A stretch of 64,000 bases of DNA from an uncultured bacterium (GTDB taxonomy: Bacteria > Pseudomonadota > Gammaproteobacteria > Burkholderiales > Burkholderiaceae_E). A program made the translations under genes and the position numbers. How positions within the stretch are numbered: position 1 is the stretch's first letter; every line of letters begins with the position of its first letter. Below, in pieces: positions 38,639-52,087 of this stretch. The stretch is taken from assembly GCA_903934795.1 (NCBI GenBank), contig CAIZPE010000145.1:2122-66121 (forward strand), in the 5' to 3' direction. The notes below the pieces were generated by a model. That model was not told where the DNA came from and did not search any database. It saw only the letters and a program-made list of their open reading frames with translations.

Positions 38639-39581
38639 TCCGCGCGCGATGGGCCGGGTGGCGGTGCTGATGGGCGGGCGCTCGGCCGAGCGCGAGGTGT
38701 CGCTGCGCTCCGGCGCCGGCGTGCTCGCCGCCCTGCGCGCCCAGGGAGTCGATGCCCATGCCTTCGATCCCGCCGAGCGCGGCATGGACGAGCTGCGCCG
38801 CGAGGGCACGAGCCGCGCCTTCATCGCGCTGCACGGCCGCTACGGCGAGGACGGCACGGTGCAGGGCGCGCTCGAGCTGCTCGGCATCCCCTACACCGGC
38901 TCGGGCGTGATGGCCTCGGCGATCGCGATGGACAAGGTGCGCACCAAGGAGATCTGGGTGGCGCGCGGTCTGTCCACACCGCGCTCGATGGTGCTGCGCC
39001 GCGGCGACAGCCTGCGCGAGGTGCCCGACCGCCTCGGCCTGCCGCTGATCGTCAAGCCGCCGCACGAGGGCTCCACCCTGGGCGTCACCCGGGTTCTGGG
39101 CTATTCGCAAATGCAGGAGGCCTTCGAGACGGCCGCCCGCTACGATGCCGAGGTGCTGGTCGAGGAGTGCATCATCGGTCCGGAACTCACCGTGGCCATC
39201 CTCGGCAGCGGCGGGCAGGCGCGCGCCCTGCCGGTGATCGAGATCCGCGCGCCCGACGGCAACTACGACTTCACCAACAAGTACTTCGGTGACCAGACCC
39301 GCTACCTCTGCCCGGCGCCGCTGCCCGAGGCGCTGGCCCCGCGGGTGCGCCGCCTCGCGCTCGATGCCTTCCTCGCGATCGGCTGCGAGGGCTGGGGCCG
39401 CGTCGACCTGATGCTGCGCGCGTCTGACCAGACGCCCTTCCTGCTCGAGGTGAACACCTCGCCGGGCATGACCGACCACTCACTGGTGCCGATGGCCGCG
39501 CGCGCCGAGGGTATGAGCTACGAGGCGCTGACCCTCGAGCTGCTGGCGGGCGCCAGCCTGAAGATCGGGGGCGCGCGGTGA
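38628..39581 (+). CDS. ddl: D-alanine--D-alanine ligase
   Basis: [42 protein letters not shown]. Confidence 0.96.
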   Translation: MAADPRAMGRVAVLMGGRSAEREVSLRSGAGVLAALRAQGVDAHAFDPAERGMDELRREGTSRAFIALHGRYGEDGTVQGALELLGIPYTGSGVMASAIAMDKVRTKEIWVARGLSTPRSMVLRRGDSLREVPDRLGLPLIVKPPHEGSTLGVTRVLGYSQMQEAFETAARYDAEVLVEECIIGPELTVAILGSGGQARALPVIEIRAPDGNYDFTNKYFGDQTRYLCPAPLPEALAPRVRRLALDAFLAIGCEGWGRVDLMLRASDQTPFLLEVNTSPGMTDHSLVPMAARAEGMSYEALTLELLAGASLKIGGAR

Positions 39582-40492
39582 GTCGGCTCTGGCATACCCC
39601 GCGGCTGCTCAATGCGCTGGCCAACGCGCTGATCCTGCTGTCGCTGCTCGGTCTGCTCTGCGCCGCCGGCTGGTGGCTGGGCCAGCGCCCGGGCCTTGCC
39701 CTGCGGGTGGTGCGCATCGATGCCGCCCCGGGCACCGAGCTGCGCCATGTCTCGGCGGTGCTGCTCGACCAGTCGGTGCGTCAGCGCCTGCGCGGGAACT
39801 TCTTCACCGTCGATCTCGATGCGGTGCGCGCGGGTTTCGAGCAGGTGCCCTGGGTGCGTCGCGCGATGGTGCGCCGGGTGTGGCCCGACCGGCTCGAGGT
39901 GGCGATCGAGGAGCACCGCCCGCTTGCCACCTGGGGCGAGAACCAGCTGATGAACACCTTCGGAGAGCTCTACACCGCCAATGCGGCCGAGGCCGAGGAG
40001 GACGGCCCGCTGCCGCACTTCTCCGGCCCGCCCGGCAGCGAGCAGCGCATGCTCGGCCGCTACGAGGAGCTGCGCCGCTGGCTCGCGCCGCTGGGGGTCA
40101 CGCCGCGTTCGGTGCTGCTCTCGCCGCGGCTGGCCTGGTGGGTGCAACTCGACGACGGCACCCGCCTGGTCCTCGGCCGCGAGCAGGGTGTGCCGCTCGA
40201 GGAACGCGTGGCGCGCTGGGTGGAGGCGTACCCGCGGGTGCGCGGCCGGCTGGGCGAGCGTGCCCAGGTCATCGACCTGCGCTACCCCAACGGCTTCGCG
40301 GCGCGGGCCGCCGGTGCCGAGCCACCTCCGGCCGACCATGCCCCCCCGCCGGCCCCCGCCGGCGACAGCAATCAGCAGGACAGCCGCCCGGCGCTGTCGG
40401 AGTCGGGTGGCCCGACCCGCCTCGCCGCGCTACAGCCCACAGGCGCGCCCCGGGCGCGGGGCGCCGACCGCACCGACCAGCGAACGGACTAG
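39578..40492 (+). CDS. ftsQ: Cell division protein FtsQ (with low-complexity C-terminal extension)
   Basis: N-terminal TM, POTRA region [36 protein letters not shown]. Confidence 0.92.
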   Translation: MSRLWHTPRLLNALANALILLSLLGLLCAAGWWLGQRPGLALRVVRIDAAPGTELRHVSAVLLDQSVRQRLRGNFFTVDLDAVRAGFEQVPWVRRAMVRRVWPDRLEVAIEEHRPLATWGENQLMNTFGELYTANAAEAEEDGPLPHFSGPPGSEQRMLGRYEELRRWLAPLGVTPRSVLLSPRLAWWVQLDDGTRLVLGREQGVPLEERVARWVEAYPRVRGRLGERAQVIDLRYPNGFAARAAGAEPPPADHAPPPAPAGDSNQQDSRPALSESGGPTRLAALQPTGAPRARGADRTDQRTD

Positions 40493-40496
40493 CAAG

Positions 40497-41729
40497 ATGG
40501 CCAGGGAAGCGAATGACTTGATCGTCGGGCTCGACATCGGCACCTCCAAGATCGTGGCGATCGTGGCGCAGATGCTGCCTGACGGACGCTACGAGATCGT
40601 CGGCTTCGGCCAGCACGAATCGCGCGGGCTGAAGAAGGGCGTGGTGGTGAACATCGAGACCACCGTGGCCTCGATCCAGCGCGCGCTCGAAGAGGCCGAA
40701 CTGATGGCCGACTGCAAGATCCGCACGGTCTACACCGGGATCGCCGGCAGCCACATCCGCAGCTTCAACTCGAGCGGCATGGTCGCGGTCAAGGACAAGG
40801 AGGTCAGCGAGGCCGACATGGCCCGGGTGATCGAGACCGCCAAGGCGGTCAACATCCCCACCGACCAGCAGATTCTGCATGTGCTGCCGCAGGAGTTCAT
40901 CATCGACGGCCAGGAAGACATCCGCGAGCCGATCGGCATGAGCGGCGTGCGCCTGGAGGTGAAGGTGCACATCGTCACCGGGGCGGTGTCGGCAGCGCAG
41001 AACATCGTGAAGTGCGTGCGCCGCTGCGGCCTCGAGGTGGCCGACCTGATCCTGCAGCCGCTTGCCTCGAGCACCGCGGTGCTCAGCCAGGACGAGAAGG
41101 AGCTCGGCGTGGCGCTCGTCGACATCGGCGGCGGCACCACCGACATCGCCATCTTCACCGGCGGCTCGATCCGCCACACCGCGGTGATCCCGATCGCCGG
41201 CGACCAGATCACCAACGACATCGCGATGGCGCTGCGCACGCCCACCCCCGAGGCCGAGGAGATCAAGCTCACGCACGGCCTGGCCAAGCAGGTGCTGGCC
41301 GACCCCAACGAACGCATCGAGGTGCCCGGCCTGGGCGATCGCGGGCCGCGCCAGCTCACCCGCCAGACGCTGGCGGCGGTGATCGAGCCACGGGTCGAGG
41401 AGTTGTGCGGGCTGGTGCATCAGGCGATCCGCGAGTCGGGCTACGAGGAGCTGCTCTCCTCGGGCATCGTGGTCACCGGCGGCACCGCGCTGATGCCCGG
41501 CATGGTCGAGCTCGCCGAAGACATCTTCCTGAAGCCGGTGCGGCTGGGCCTGCCCGGTTACGCCGGCGGCCTCTCGGATGTGGTCAGCAATCCGCGCTTC
41601 GCCACCGCGGTCGGCCTGCTCGAGGAGGCCCGCATGCAGCGGCTGCGCGGCCGCAAGGCCGCCGAGCAGTCCGGCAACTTCAAGGAAACCATGCGCCGCA
41701 TGAAGGACTGGTTCGTGGGCAATTTCTAG
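40497..41729 (+). CDS. ftsA: Cell division protein FtsA
   Basis: VGLDIGTSKI, GLKKGVVVNI, DIGGGTTD, AGDQIT.DIA, TGGTA. Confidence 0.97.
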   Translation: MAREANDLIVGLDIGTSKIVAIVAQMLPDGRYEIVGFGQHESRGLKKGVVVNIETTVASIQRALEEAELMADCKIRTVYTGIAGSHIRSFNSSGMVAVKDKEVSEADMARVIETAKAVNIPTDQQILHVLPQEFIIDGQEDIREPIGMSGVRLEVKVHIVTGAVSAAQNIVKCVRRCGLEVADLILQPLASSTAVLSQDEKELGVALVDIGGGTTDIAIFTGGSIRHTAVIPIAGDQITNDIAMALRTPTPEAEEIKLTHGLAKQVLADPNERIEVPGLGDRGPRQLTRQTLAAVIEPRVEELCGLVHQAIRESGYEELLSSGIVVTGGTALMPGMVELAEDIFLKPVRLGLPGYAGGLSDVVSNPRFATAVGLLEEARMQRLRGRKAAEQSGNFKETMRRMKDWFVGNF

Positions 41730-41775
41730 CCGCGAGCCGACATCCGCCGATCATTCCAGCACGCCCGATCCAGTA

Positions 41776-41796
41776 CCCGAACCCGAACCCGAACCC
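41776..41796 (+). repeat. (CCCGAA)x3.5 microsatellite in the ftsA-ftsZ spacer
   Basis: cccgaa cccgaa cccgaa ccc. Confidence 0.85.
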
Positions 41797-41823
41797 ACCG
41801 AAACCACCCGAGGAGGCCCAGCC

Positions 41824-43002
41824 ATGTCGACTTTCAAACTCATCGAATCCGCACCTGATGGTGCCGTCATCAAGGTGGTGGGCATCGGTGGCGCCGGCGG
41901 CAACGCCGTCAACCACATGATCTCGCGTGGCGTGACCGGGGTGGAGTTCATCGCGCTGAACACCGATCGCCAGGCGCTGTCGCGCTCGCAGGCCGGCCGC
42001 ATCATCCAGCTCGGCGACCAGGGCCTGGGCGCCGGGGCCAATCCGGCCGCCGGCCGCGCCTCGGCCGAGGCCGCCGAGGCGCAGATCCGCGAGGCGCTTG
42101 CCGGCGCGAACATGGTCTTCCTGACCGCCGGCATGGGCAAGGGCACCGGCACGGGCGCCTCGCCGGTGGTCGCGCAGATCGCCAAGGAGCTCGGGGTGCT
42201 GACCGTGGGTGTGGTCACCAAGCCCTTCCAGTTCGAGGGTGCGCGCAAGATGCAGATCGCCGAGGCCGGCATCGAGCAGCTCGTCGATCATGTCGATTCG
42301 CTGATCGTGGTGCTCAACGAGGCGCTGTTCGAGGTGATGGACGAGGACGCCAGCCTCGAGGACGCCTTCAAGCGCGCCGACGATGTGCTGCACAACGCCG
42401 TGGCGGGCATCGCCGAGATCATCAATGTGCCGGGCCTGGTCAACGTCGACTTCGCCGACGTGCGCACCGTGATGGGCGAGCAGGGCAAGGCCATGATGGG
42501 CATCGGCGAGGCTGCCGGCATCGACCGCGCCCGTCTGGCCGCCGAGCAGGCGGTGGCCTCGCCGCTGCTCGACGGCGTCGACCTCTCCGGCGCGCGCGGG
42601 GTGATCGTCAACATCACCGCCACCCGCGGCCTGAAGCTGCGCGAGACCAACGATGTGATCAACACCATCAAGGCCTTCTGCGCCGACGACGCGACCATCA
42701 TCCACGGCACGGTGTTCGACGACTCGATGGCCGACACGCTGCGCGTGACCGTGGTGGCCACCGGCATCGGCGGGCGCCGCGCCCCCACCGCGCAGCGGCC
42801 GGTGCTGGTGCAGCCCACCCTCCAGCGCACCGGCACCGACGACGGCCAGCCGGCCCGCGCCACCACCAACTTCGCCGATCTCGACCAGCCCGCGGTGTGG
42901 CGCAGCCCGCGCGCCTCGGCCGCGGCCCAGGTGCAGGCGCTGGAGGAGAGCGGCGTCGAGCGCTTCGACATCCCGGCCTTCCTGCGCAAGCAGGCCGACT
43001 GA
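41824..43002 (+). CDS. ftsZ: Cell division protein FtsZ
   Basis: GIGGAGGNAV, AGMGKGTGTG, NVDFAD, C-terminal DIPAFLRKQAD; SD AGGAGG. Confidence 0.98.
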   Translation: MSTFKLIESAPDGAVIKVVGIGGAGGNAVNHMISRGVTGVEFIALNTDRQALSRSQAGRIIQLGDQGLGAGANPAAGRASAEAAEAQIREALAGANMVFLTAGMGKGTGTGASPVVAQIAKELGVLTVGVVTKPFQFEGARKMQIAEAGIEQLVDHVDSLIVVLNEALFEVMDEDASLEDAFKRADDVLHNAVAGIAEIINVPGLVNVDFADVRTVMGEQGKAMMGIGEAAGIDRARLAAEQAVASPLLDGVDLSGARGVIVNITATRGLKLRETNDVINTIKAFCADDATIIHGTVFDDSMADTLRVTVVATGIGGRRAPTAQRPVLVQPTLQRTGTDDGQPARATTNFADLDQPAVWRSPRASAAAQVQALEESGVERFDIPAFLRKQAD

Positions 43003-43129
43003 GCCGCCTGCGCGCGCGGCGCTCCCCGCTGCGGGGGACGCCGCCGGCAGGGTTTTGCCGATGCCACTAGAATCCGGGGTCTGACCCGGCCCGCGTCGGG
43101 CCTTCCCCCAGAACCCCCCGGAGAGACAG

Positions 43130-43633
43130 ATGACCATCAAAGTCGGCGAGACCCTGCCCGAAGCCACCCTGACCGAATTCGTCGAAGTCGAGGGCAACGG
43201 CTGCTCGGTCGGTCCCAACGCATTCAAGGTGTCCGATCTGGTCAAGGGCAAGCGGGTGGCGCTGTTCGCGCTGCCGGGCGCCTTCACCCCCACCTGCTCG
43301 GCGCAGCATGTGCCCAGCTACCTCAAGCAGTTCGACGCGCTGCGCGCCAAGGGCATCGACGAGATCTGGTGCGTGTCGGTCAACGACGCCTTCGTGATGG
43401 GCGCCTGGGGCCGCGATCAGCAGTCCGGCGGCAAGGTGCGCATGCTGGCCGACGGCAGCGGCGACTTCACCCGCAAGGTGGGCCTCGAGCTCGACCTCAC
43501 CGCGCGCGGCATGGGTGTGCGCTCGCAGCGCTATGCCATGGTGGTCGACAACGGCGTGGTCAAGCACCTGTTCGTCGAAGCCCCGGGCAAGTTCGAGGTC
43601 TCCAGCGCCGACCACGTGCTGGCCAGCCTCTGA
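43130..43633 (+). CDS. Peroxiredoxin (Prx5/type II)
   Basis: PGAFTPTCS..H, VSVNDAFVM.AW, LADGSG, RSQRYAM. Confidence 0.93.
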   Translation: MTIKVGETLPEATLTEFVEVEGNGCSVGPNAFKVSDLVKGKRVALFALPGAFTPTCSAQHVPSYLKQFDALRAKGIDEIWCVSVNDAFVMGAWGRDQQSGGKVRMLADGSGDFTRKVGLELDLTARGMGVRSQRYAMVVDNGVVKHLFVEAPGKFEVSSADHVLASL

Positions 43634-43690
43634 TCCTGGCGCAAGCCGCCGCCACGCCCGCCCGGTCCCGCCAGAGCACCGCCCCGAACC

Positions 43691-44611
43691 ATGCTGCGTC
43701 AGCGAACCATCCGCCAGCGGGTTAGCACCACCGGCGTGGGGCTGCACTCGGGCCAGCGGGTCGAGCTCACGCTGCGGCCGGCGGCGGCGGGCACCGGCAT
43801 CGTGTTCCGCCGCACCGATCTCGATCCGGCGGTCGACATCCCGGTGCGTGCGGTCCAGGTCACCGATACCCGCATGGCGTCCACCCTGTCGGCGCCCGAG
43901 GATGCGTCGGTACGGGTGGCCACGGTCGAGCACCTGATGTCGGCGCTGGCCGGTCTGGGCATCGACAACCTCTACATCGATGTCACCGCGCCCGAGATTC
44001 CCATCCTCGACGGCTCGGCGGCGTCCTTCGTGTTCCTGGTGCAGTCGGCCGGCATCGCCGAGCAGGCCGCGGCCAAGCGCTTCATCCGGGTCAAGCGCCT
44101 GGTCGAGGTGCGCGAGGGTGACAAGTGGGCGCGGCTGGAGCCGCATGAAGGCTTCCTGCTCGACTTTTCCATCGACTTCGGTCACCCGGCCATCGATGCC
44201 ACCGGCCAGCATGTGCGGGTCGACTTTGCCGAGACCTCCTTCGTGCGCGACATCGCCCGTGCCCGCACCTTCGGCTTCGTGCAGGATGTCGAGATGCTGC
44301 GTGCGGCCGGCCTGGCGCAGGGCGGCAGCTTCGAGAACGCCATCGTCATGGACGAGTACCGCATCCTGAACGGCGATGGGTTGCGCTACGACGACGAGTT
44401 CGCGCGACACAAGGTGCTCGATGCGATCGGCGATCTCTACTGCGTGGGCCATCCCATGCTGGCCGCCTACCGCGCCCACAAGTCCGGCCACGCGCTCAAC
44501 AACCGGCTGCTGCGCAGCCTGCTCTCCCAGGCCGATGCCTGGGAGTACGCCCGTTTCGCGCAGCCGCGCGAGGCGCCTGCGGTTTTCGCCCGGGACTGGC
44601 GTCTCGCCTGA
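43691..44611 (+). CDS. lpxC: UDP-3-O-acyl-GlcNAc deacetylase
   Basis: [43 protein letters not shown]. Confidence 0.97.
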   Translation: MLRQRTIRQRVSTTGVGLHSGQRVELTLRPAAAGTGIVFRRTDLDPAVDIPVRAVQVTDTRMASTLSAPEDASVRVATVEHLMSALAGLGIDNLYIDVTAPEIPILDGSAASFVFLVQSAGIAEQAAAKRFIRVKRLVEVREGDKWARLEPHEGFLLDFSIDFGHPAIDATGQHVRVDFAETSFVRDIARARTFGFVQDVEMLRAAGLAQGGSFENAIVMDEYRILNGDGLRYDDEFARHKVLDAIGDLYCVGHPMLAAYRAHKSGHALNNRLLRSLLSQADAWEYARFAQPREAPAVFARDWRLA

Positions 44612-44636
44612 GGGCGACGCGTCACCTGCGTCGCCG

Positions 44637-44813
44637 ATGCTCGCGCTGCGTATGCTGGTCATCTTCACCGCTGCTGCGGTGGCCATCTGCGTCGCGGGCT
44701 ACCTGATCGGCGGCGACCGCATCTGGCTGGGCCGTGCCGTGCGCACGCTGAAGTTCGCGGCTGCGGCGGCACTGGTGTTCTTCGCGGTGCTGCTTCTCGA
44801 GCGGCTCGCCTGA
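44637..44813 (+). CDS. Small (58 aa) two-TM hypothetical membrane protein
   Basis: MLALRMLVIFTAAAVAICVAGYLIGGDRIWL..TLKFAAAAALVFFAVLLLERLA; two hydrophobic stretches, GC3-rich codons. Confidence 0.65.
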   Translation: MLALRMLVIFTAAAVAICVAGYLIGGDRIWLGRAVRTLKFAAAAALVFFAVLLLERLA

Positions 44814-44905
44814 CCGGCGCCGCAGGCCGAGGGGCCTTGCAGGCCCGTGCGGCGAGGGTGCGTGCCGAAGGCCCTTTCGTGGGCGGCCCCCGGATGCCCG
44901 GAACT

Positions 44906-45340
44906 TCAGCGCGCGTGCCTCAGGAGTGCGGCCAGCGCTGCTTTCAGCGGCCCCTCGGGCGCCTGGCCGGCGAGTTCGGCCAGGCCTGCCAGTGCCGCAG
45001 GCGGGATCGGCCCGCGCGGCGGCGCCGAGGGCACGGGGGGCAGATCGCCCACCGGGTGCGTGCGGGCGCGCAGCCGCGTCACGGCCCAGCCGCGTGCCGC
45101 CAGCCCGGCCACCAGCCGTGGCTCGAACTGTCGCAGCTTGGCCGCCGCCGCCGCCGAGGGCGTGGCCACCCGCAGCACGCCGTCGCCGTCCAGGCCGAGC
45201 ACGGTCAGGCCGGGCACTGGCGAGAGGCGGGCGAGCTCGCCCTGCAGGGCGATGGTGCGGGCCGCGCGCTGGGCGAGTTCGCGCGCCACCGGGCTGTCGG
45301 TCAGGCAGGCATAGACCTGTCGACTGAGGGCAGAAGGCAT
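44906..45340 (-). CDS. dciA: DciA (DUF721) replicative helicase-loading partner
   Basis: GVLRVATPSAAAAAKLRQFEPRL..LAARGW, C-terminal GPLKAALAALLR; divergent from secA as in related dcw loci. Confidence 0.75.
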   Translation of the reverse strand: MPSALSRQVYACLTDSPVARELAQRAARTIALQGELARLSPVPGLTVLGLDGDGVLRVATPSAAAAAKLRQFEPRLVAGLAARGWAVTRLRARTHPVGDLPPVPSAPPRGPIPPAALAGLAELAGQAPEGPLKAALAALLRHAR

Positions 45341-45393
45341 GGTCGGGTCAGGATGGACGGGGCGCGGGCGCGGCCGGATGGCTGCTACCCCCG

Positions 45394-45402
45394 TGCTACC
45401 AT
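45394..45402 (+). promoter_or_regulatory. Extended -10 (TG-C-TACCAT) for secA
   Basis: Sequence match upstream of secA. Confidence 0.45.
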
Positions 45403-45454
45403 GACAGGTTAACTTAACCCGGCAGGCCGTGAGGCCGGCACGAGGCTTTCTGCA

Positions 45455-48247
<2,793 letters not shown>

Positions 48248-48284
48248 GCCTGCCGGGGAGGGGCGCCCGCACCCGCCCCCGCAC

Positions 48285-48310
48285 CCTCAGCCTCAGCCTC
48301 AGCCTCAGCC
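48285..48310 (+). repeat. (CCTCAG)x4 microsatellite between convergent secA and the patatin-like gene
   Basis: Four exact units at 48285-48308; the last overlaps the patatin-like stop codon. Confidence 0.9.
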
Positions 48311-49453
48311 GGGCAGGGGCTCCACCACAAGGCGCTCCGGCCGCTCCACCCACGCGGCGAAGGCCTCGGCCATCGCCGCGCATTCCGCCATGGCGCGGCG
48401 CCAGTCGCGCAGCCTGGCATCGTGGTCGGTGTCGTAGCGAAAGAAGTCCTGCCGGTCGGGCAGCTTGCGGTTGGGCAGACGCGCGAGCAGCGTCGGCGAA
48501 GGGGTCACCAGCAGCAGGTTGTCCAGCCAGCCGCGGCCGGCGCGGCCCAGGCCGTGCCGTCGCCAGGGCAGGAACTTGTCGAGCCAGCCGGCGGTGACCG
48601 CGGGCAGGAAGTGCGGCATCAGCACGATGCCCGGCAGTGCCTGCCAGCGCCAGTGCAGGTGGTAGTCGATCAGACCGCCATCCCAGTAGCGCCCGGCCGG
48701 TGCTCCGGCCACGCCGGCCACCGCCTCGGCCACCAGCGGAATGCTGCCCGAGGCAAGCAGGGCGTCCTCGAGGTTGTCGGCCCGCAGGGCCACGCTGCGG
48801 CTGTCGAAGGCATCGTCTGGCAAGGCCGGACAGCCGCTGCCGCTGCCGGTCCCATGGCCATGGCCATGACCCGAAGCGCCGCCGACGCTGGCGTCAGTGC
48901 GCCCATCGGCGCAGAACACAACCCGCTGCAGGTGGCTGCCGAGATGCGCCCTCGACACCGCATTGGCGAGCGCCGCCCGCCCGAAGGCGATCCGCGCTGG
49001 TGCGGATGCCGGCGCCAGCCCGCGCGCGGTGACCACCTGCAGCCGTCGGCCCGGTGCGACGCCGGCAAGAAACGCGGCGGCGTCATGGCCGATGAGCTCG
49101 CGGGTCATGTCCCGGCATACCTGCGAGACCAGGGCGGCGGAGGGCTTGCGCGGATAGCGCTGGCCTTCGAGGTAGGCCTGGGCCAGGCGATCGAGCGCGG
49201 GCAGGGGCTTGCGCTGCGCGCCGGCGGCCATGCGCCAGGCGCCGATCGAGGCACCCGCCAGCCAGCGCTCGCGCGGACAGTCGGCCAGCCAGTGGCCGAA
49301 CAGCCAGCGGTCAAGCGGCAGGAGGGCCAGCCCCTTGGGGCCACCGGCGGCGCCAGCCACCGCCGCGATGTCGGCCGGCTTCAGCCCCTGGGCGGCGATG
49401 TGGCGCGCGGCCGCCGGGCCCGCCAGCAGACGGATCGGCGCGGGCGCAGCCAC
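48305..49453 (-). CDS. Patatin-like phospholipase family protein
   Basis: GAAGGPKG, GxSxG (GASIG), ASGSIP, DGG; GTG start. Confidence 0.8.
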   Translation of the reverse strand: MAAPAPIRLLAGPAAARHIAAQGLKPADIAAVAGAAGGPKGLALLPLDRWLFGHWLADCPRERWLAGASIGAWRMAAGAQRKPLPALDRLAQAYLEGQRYPRKPSAALVSQVCRDMTRELIGHDAAAFLAGVAPGRRLQVVTARGLAPASAPARIAFGRAALANAVSRAHLGSHLQRVVFCADGRTDASVGGASGHGHGHGTGSGSGCPALPDDAFDSRSVALRADNLEDALLASGSIPLVAEAVAGVAGAPAGRYWDGGLIDYHLHWRWQALPGIVLMPHFLPAVTAGWLDKFLPWRRHGLGRAGRGWLDNLLLVTPSPTLLARLPNRKLPDRQDFFRYDTDHDARLRDWRRAMAECAAMAEAFAAWVERPERLVVEPLPG

Positions 49454-49461
49454 GCCGGGCC

Positions 49462-50064
49462 TCAGCCCGCGGCCGGCCGGGGCCGGGTGTGCAGGCTGTG
49501 CATTGCCGCCTCGGTGCGGCCGGCCGCGCAGTCGGTGGCGATGCCGAGCGATCGGTCGAGCTCGGCCTCGATCACCGAGCGTTCGTCGCGGCGCGGCGGA
49601 TGGAGCACGAAGTCGGCCACCTCCTGCTGCAGATTCAGGGTGCGGGGATGGCCGATGCCCAGGCGCAGTCGCCAGAAGCCAGGCGTGCCGAGCGCGGCCG
49701 CGATGTCGCGCAGGCCGTTGTGGCCGGCATGGCCGCCGCCGAGCTTGAGCTTGCTCTGGCCGGGAGGCAGATCGAGCTCGTCGTGCACCACCAGGATCTC
49801 TTCGGGCGCGATGCGGTAGAAGCCGGCCAGCGCCGCGACGGCGCGACCGGAACGGTTCATGAAGGTGCCCGGCTTGAGCAGCCAGACCGCGGCGCCGCTC
49901 AGACTCACCCGCGCAGTCTCGCCGTGGAACTTGGCCTCACGGGAGAAGCGCCCACCGTGGCGGCGGGCGAGCTCATCCACCCACCAGAACCCGGCGTTGT
50001 GGCGGGTATCTTCGTACTCGGGGCCGATGTTGCCCAGGCCGACGATGAGGCGGATGGCGGACAT
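49462..50064 (-). CDS. pth: Peptidyl-tRNA hydrolase
   Basis: [48 protein letters not shown]. Confidence 0.97.
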   Translation of the reverse strand: MSAIRLIVGLGNIGPEYEDTRHNAGFWWVDELARRHGGRFSREAKFHGETARVSLSGAAVWLLKPGTFMNRSGRAVAALAGFYRIAPEEILVVHDELDLPPGQSKLKLGGGHAGHNGLRDIAAALGTPGFWRLRLGIGHPRTLNLQQEVADFVLHPPRRDERSVIEAELDRSLGIATDCAAGRTEAAMHSLHTRPRPAAG

Positions 50065-50145
50065 GGGCTCGGTGTCCCCTTGCCCGGCGCGCGGGCTCGG
50101 GGCGCGCCGGCCGCCACCTGGGGGCGGCAGCCGGCGGATGCGGCC

Positions 50146-50781
50146 TTACTTCTTGGCCGGAGCCTTCTTCTCGGCACCCTTCTTGGCGGGGGCGGCGGCA
50201 GCGGGCGCAACCTCTTCGGCGGCAGCCGGCACGGACACGGTGATGACCGCCGGGTTCTCGCGGCCACCGAGCACCACCGACACGCCCGAGGGCAGGGCGA
50301 TGTCACGCACATGCACGGTCTGGCCAACCTGCAGGCTGGTCAGGTCGACGGTGACGAACTCGGGCAGATCGGCCGGCAGGCAGGACACGGTGATCTCGGT
50401 GATCACATGGCTGATGATCGCCGCCGAGAGCTTCACCGCCGGGGAGTTCTCCTGGTTGGTGAAGTGCAGCGGCACCTTCAGCACGATCTTCTGATCGGCG
50501 GCCACCCGCTGGAAGTCGATGTGCTGGATCAGCGGCTTGTACGGGTGCCATTGCACCGCGCGCAGCAGCACGCGCTCGGCCTTGCCGTCGAGCTCCATGT
50601 CGAGGATGGAGGCGTGGAAGGCCTCGACCCGCAGGGCGTGGTAGAGCGGGTTGTGATCGAGTTCGATCATGGTGGGCGTGGCGTTGCCGCCGTACAGAAT
50701 GCCCGGGACCTTGGCGGCACGGCGCAGGCGGCGGCTCGCACCGGAACCCTGCAGCTGACGCGTGTTGGCGACGACTTTCAT
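50146..50781 (-). CDS. rplY: 50S ribosomal protein L25/Ctc
   Basis: [30 protein letters not shown]-terminal CTC domain; SD CAGGAG. Confidence 0.96.
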   Translation of the reverse strand: MKVVANTRQLQGSGASRRLRRAAKVPGILYGGNATPTMIELDHNPLYHALRVEAFHASILDMELDGKAERVLLRAVQWHPYKPLIQHIDFQRVAADQKIVLKVPLHFTNQENSPAVKLSAAIISHVITEITVSCLPADLPEFVTVDLTSLQVGQTVHVRDIALPSGVSVVLGGRENPAVITVSVPAAAEEVAPAAAAPAKKGAEKKAPAKK

Positions 50782-50905
50782 CGCGTTCTCCTGAAGAAGC
50801 CCCGGGTCCGCGACCAGAACGACGGGGCGTTGCGAATGCCCGACCCGGAAGCCCGGGGCAGGCGCCTGAAAAAGCATGCCGGCATTGCCGGCGGGGCGTT
50901 GACGA

Positions 50906-51889
50906 TCAGTCGACGAACAGCGACGACACCGAGTCGGCGCGGTTGATGCGCAGGATGGTCTCGGCCAGCAGCTGCGCGCAGCTCAGCACGCGGATCTTGG
51001 TGGACGAGCGCGCGTCCTTGGGCAGCGAGATGGTGTCGGTGACCACCAGCTCATCGAGGGGCGAGTTGGCGATGCGATCGACCGCGCCGCCCGACAGCAC
51101 CGGATGCGTGCAGTAGGCCAGCACCCGCTGCGCGCCCTGCTGCTTGAGCGCCGCGGCGGCCTTCTCCAGCGTGTTGGCGGTGTCGACCATGTCGTCCATG
51201 ATGACGCAGGTGCGGCCGCTGACATCGCCGATGATGTTCATGACCTCGGCCACATTGGCCTTGGGGCGGCGCTTGTCGATGATGGCGAGGTCGCAGTCGA
51301 GCCGCTTGGCCAGCGCGCGGGCACGCACCACGCCGCCCACATCGGGCGACACCACCATGACATTCTCGAACTGCTGCTTGTGGACATCGGCCAGCAGCAG
51401 CGGCGCGGCGTAGATGTTGTCGACCGGGATGTCGAAGAAGCCCTGGATCTGGTCGGCGTGCAGGTCCATGGTGAGCACGCGCTCCACGCCGGCGATCTGC
51501 AGCATGTTGGCCACCACCTTGGCGCTGATCGCCACCCGCATCGAGCGCACCCGGCGGTCCTGGCGGGCATAGCCGAAGTAGGGCAGGGCCGCGGTGATGC
51601 GGCCGGCCGAGGCGCGCTTGAGCGCGTCGACCATGATCATGACCTCCATCAGGTGGTCATTGGTGGGCGCGCAGGTGGACTGCAGCACGAAGACATCCTT
51701 GCCGCGGACGTTCTCGAGGATCTCGACCATGACCTCGCCGTCGGAGAATCGGCCGACGGTGGCCTTGCCCAGGGGCATGTGCAGGTGCGAGGCGACATCG
51801 GTCGCCAGCTTGGGATTGGCGTTGCCGGTGAAGATCATCAGCCCTTCGGGCGACAAGGCTTCAGCGTTGCGGCGCGTGGCCTGCTGCAT
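50906..51889 (-). CDS. prs: Ribose-phosphate diphosphokinase
   Basis: [51 protein letters not shown]. Confidence 0.97.
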   Translation of the reverse strand: MQQATRRNAEALSPEGLMIFTGNANPKLATDVASHLHMPLGKATVGRFSDGEVMVEILENVRGKDVFVLQSTCAPTNDHLMEVMIMVDALKRASAGRITAALPYFGYARQDRRVRSMRVAISAKVVANMLQIAGVERVLTMDLHADQIQGFFDIPVDNIYAAPLLLADVHKQQFENVMVVSPDVGGVVRARALAKRLDCDLAIIDKRRPKANVAEVMNIIGDVSGRTCVIMDDMVDTANTLEKAAAALKQQGAQRVLAYCTHPVLSGGAVDRIANSPLDELVVTDTISLPKDARSSTKIRVLSCAQLLAETILRINRADSVSSLFVD

Positions 51890-51933
51890 GGCGGATCCGG
51901 TGGTCGGTGGCGGAACGGCGAGGCGGAGGGGTT

Positions 51934-52010
51934 TGGCTGGGGAGGAAGGACTCGAACCCTCGCATGCCGGAATCAAAATCCGGTGCCTTAACCAACTTGG
52001 CGACTCCCCA
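51934..52010 (-). tRNA. tRNA-Gln(UUG), CCA encoded
   Basis: TGGGGAGTCGCCAAGTTGGTTAAGGCACCGGATTTTGATTCCGGCATGCGAGGGTTCGAGTCCTTCCTCCCCAGCCA; cloverleaf, anticodon TTG. Confidence 0.97.
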
Positions 52011-52087
52011 ACGGTTCTTTGGGGCGGCTGTTGCCGGCGGATGCCTGCTTCAACCACCCGCGCGGGAACCACCGCGCGATCGACTGC

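Noticed and set aside
40320-40492. FtsQ C-terminal extension as a new domain
   Set aside because: Low-complexity Pro/Ala/Arg tail without recognisable motifs.
43130-43633. Peroxiredoxin inside the dcw cluster as an insertion
   Set aside because: As I recall, this is the usual ftsZ-prx-lpxC order in Burkholderiales.
51934-52010. tRNA-Gln as an integration site
   Set aside because: No integrase, no duplicated tRNA 3' end, and the flanking synteny (ispE-tRNA-prs) is the standard one.
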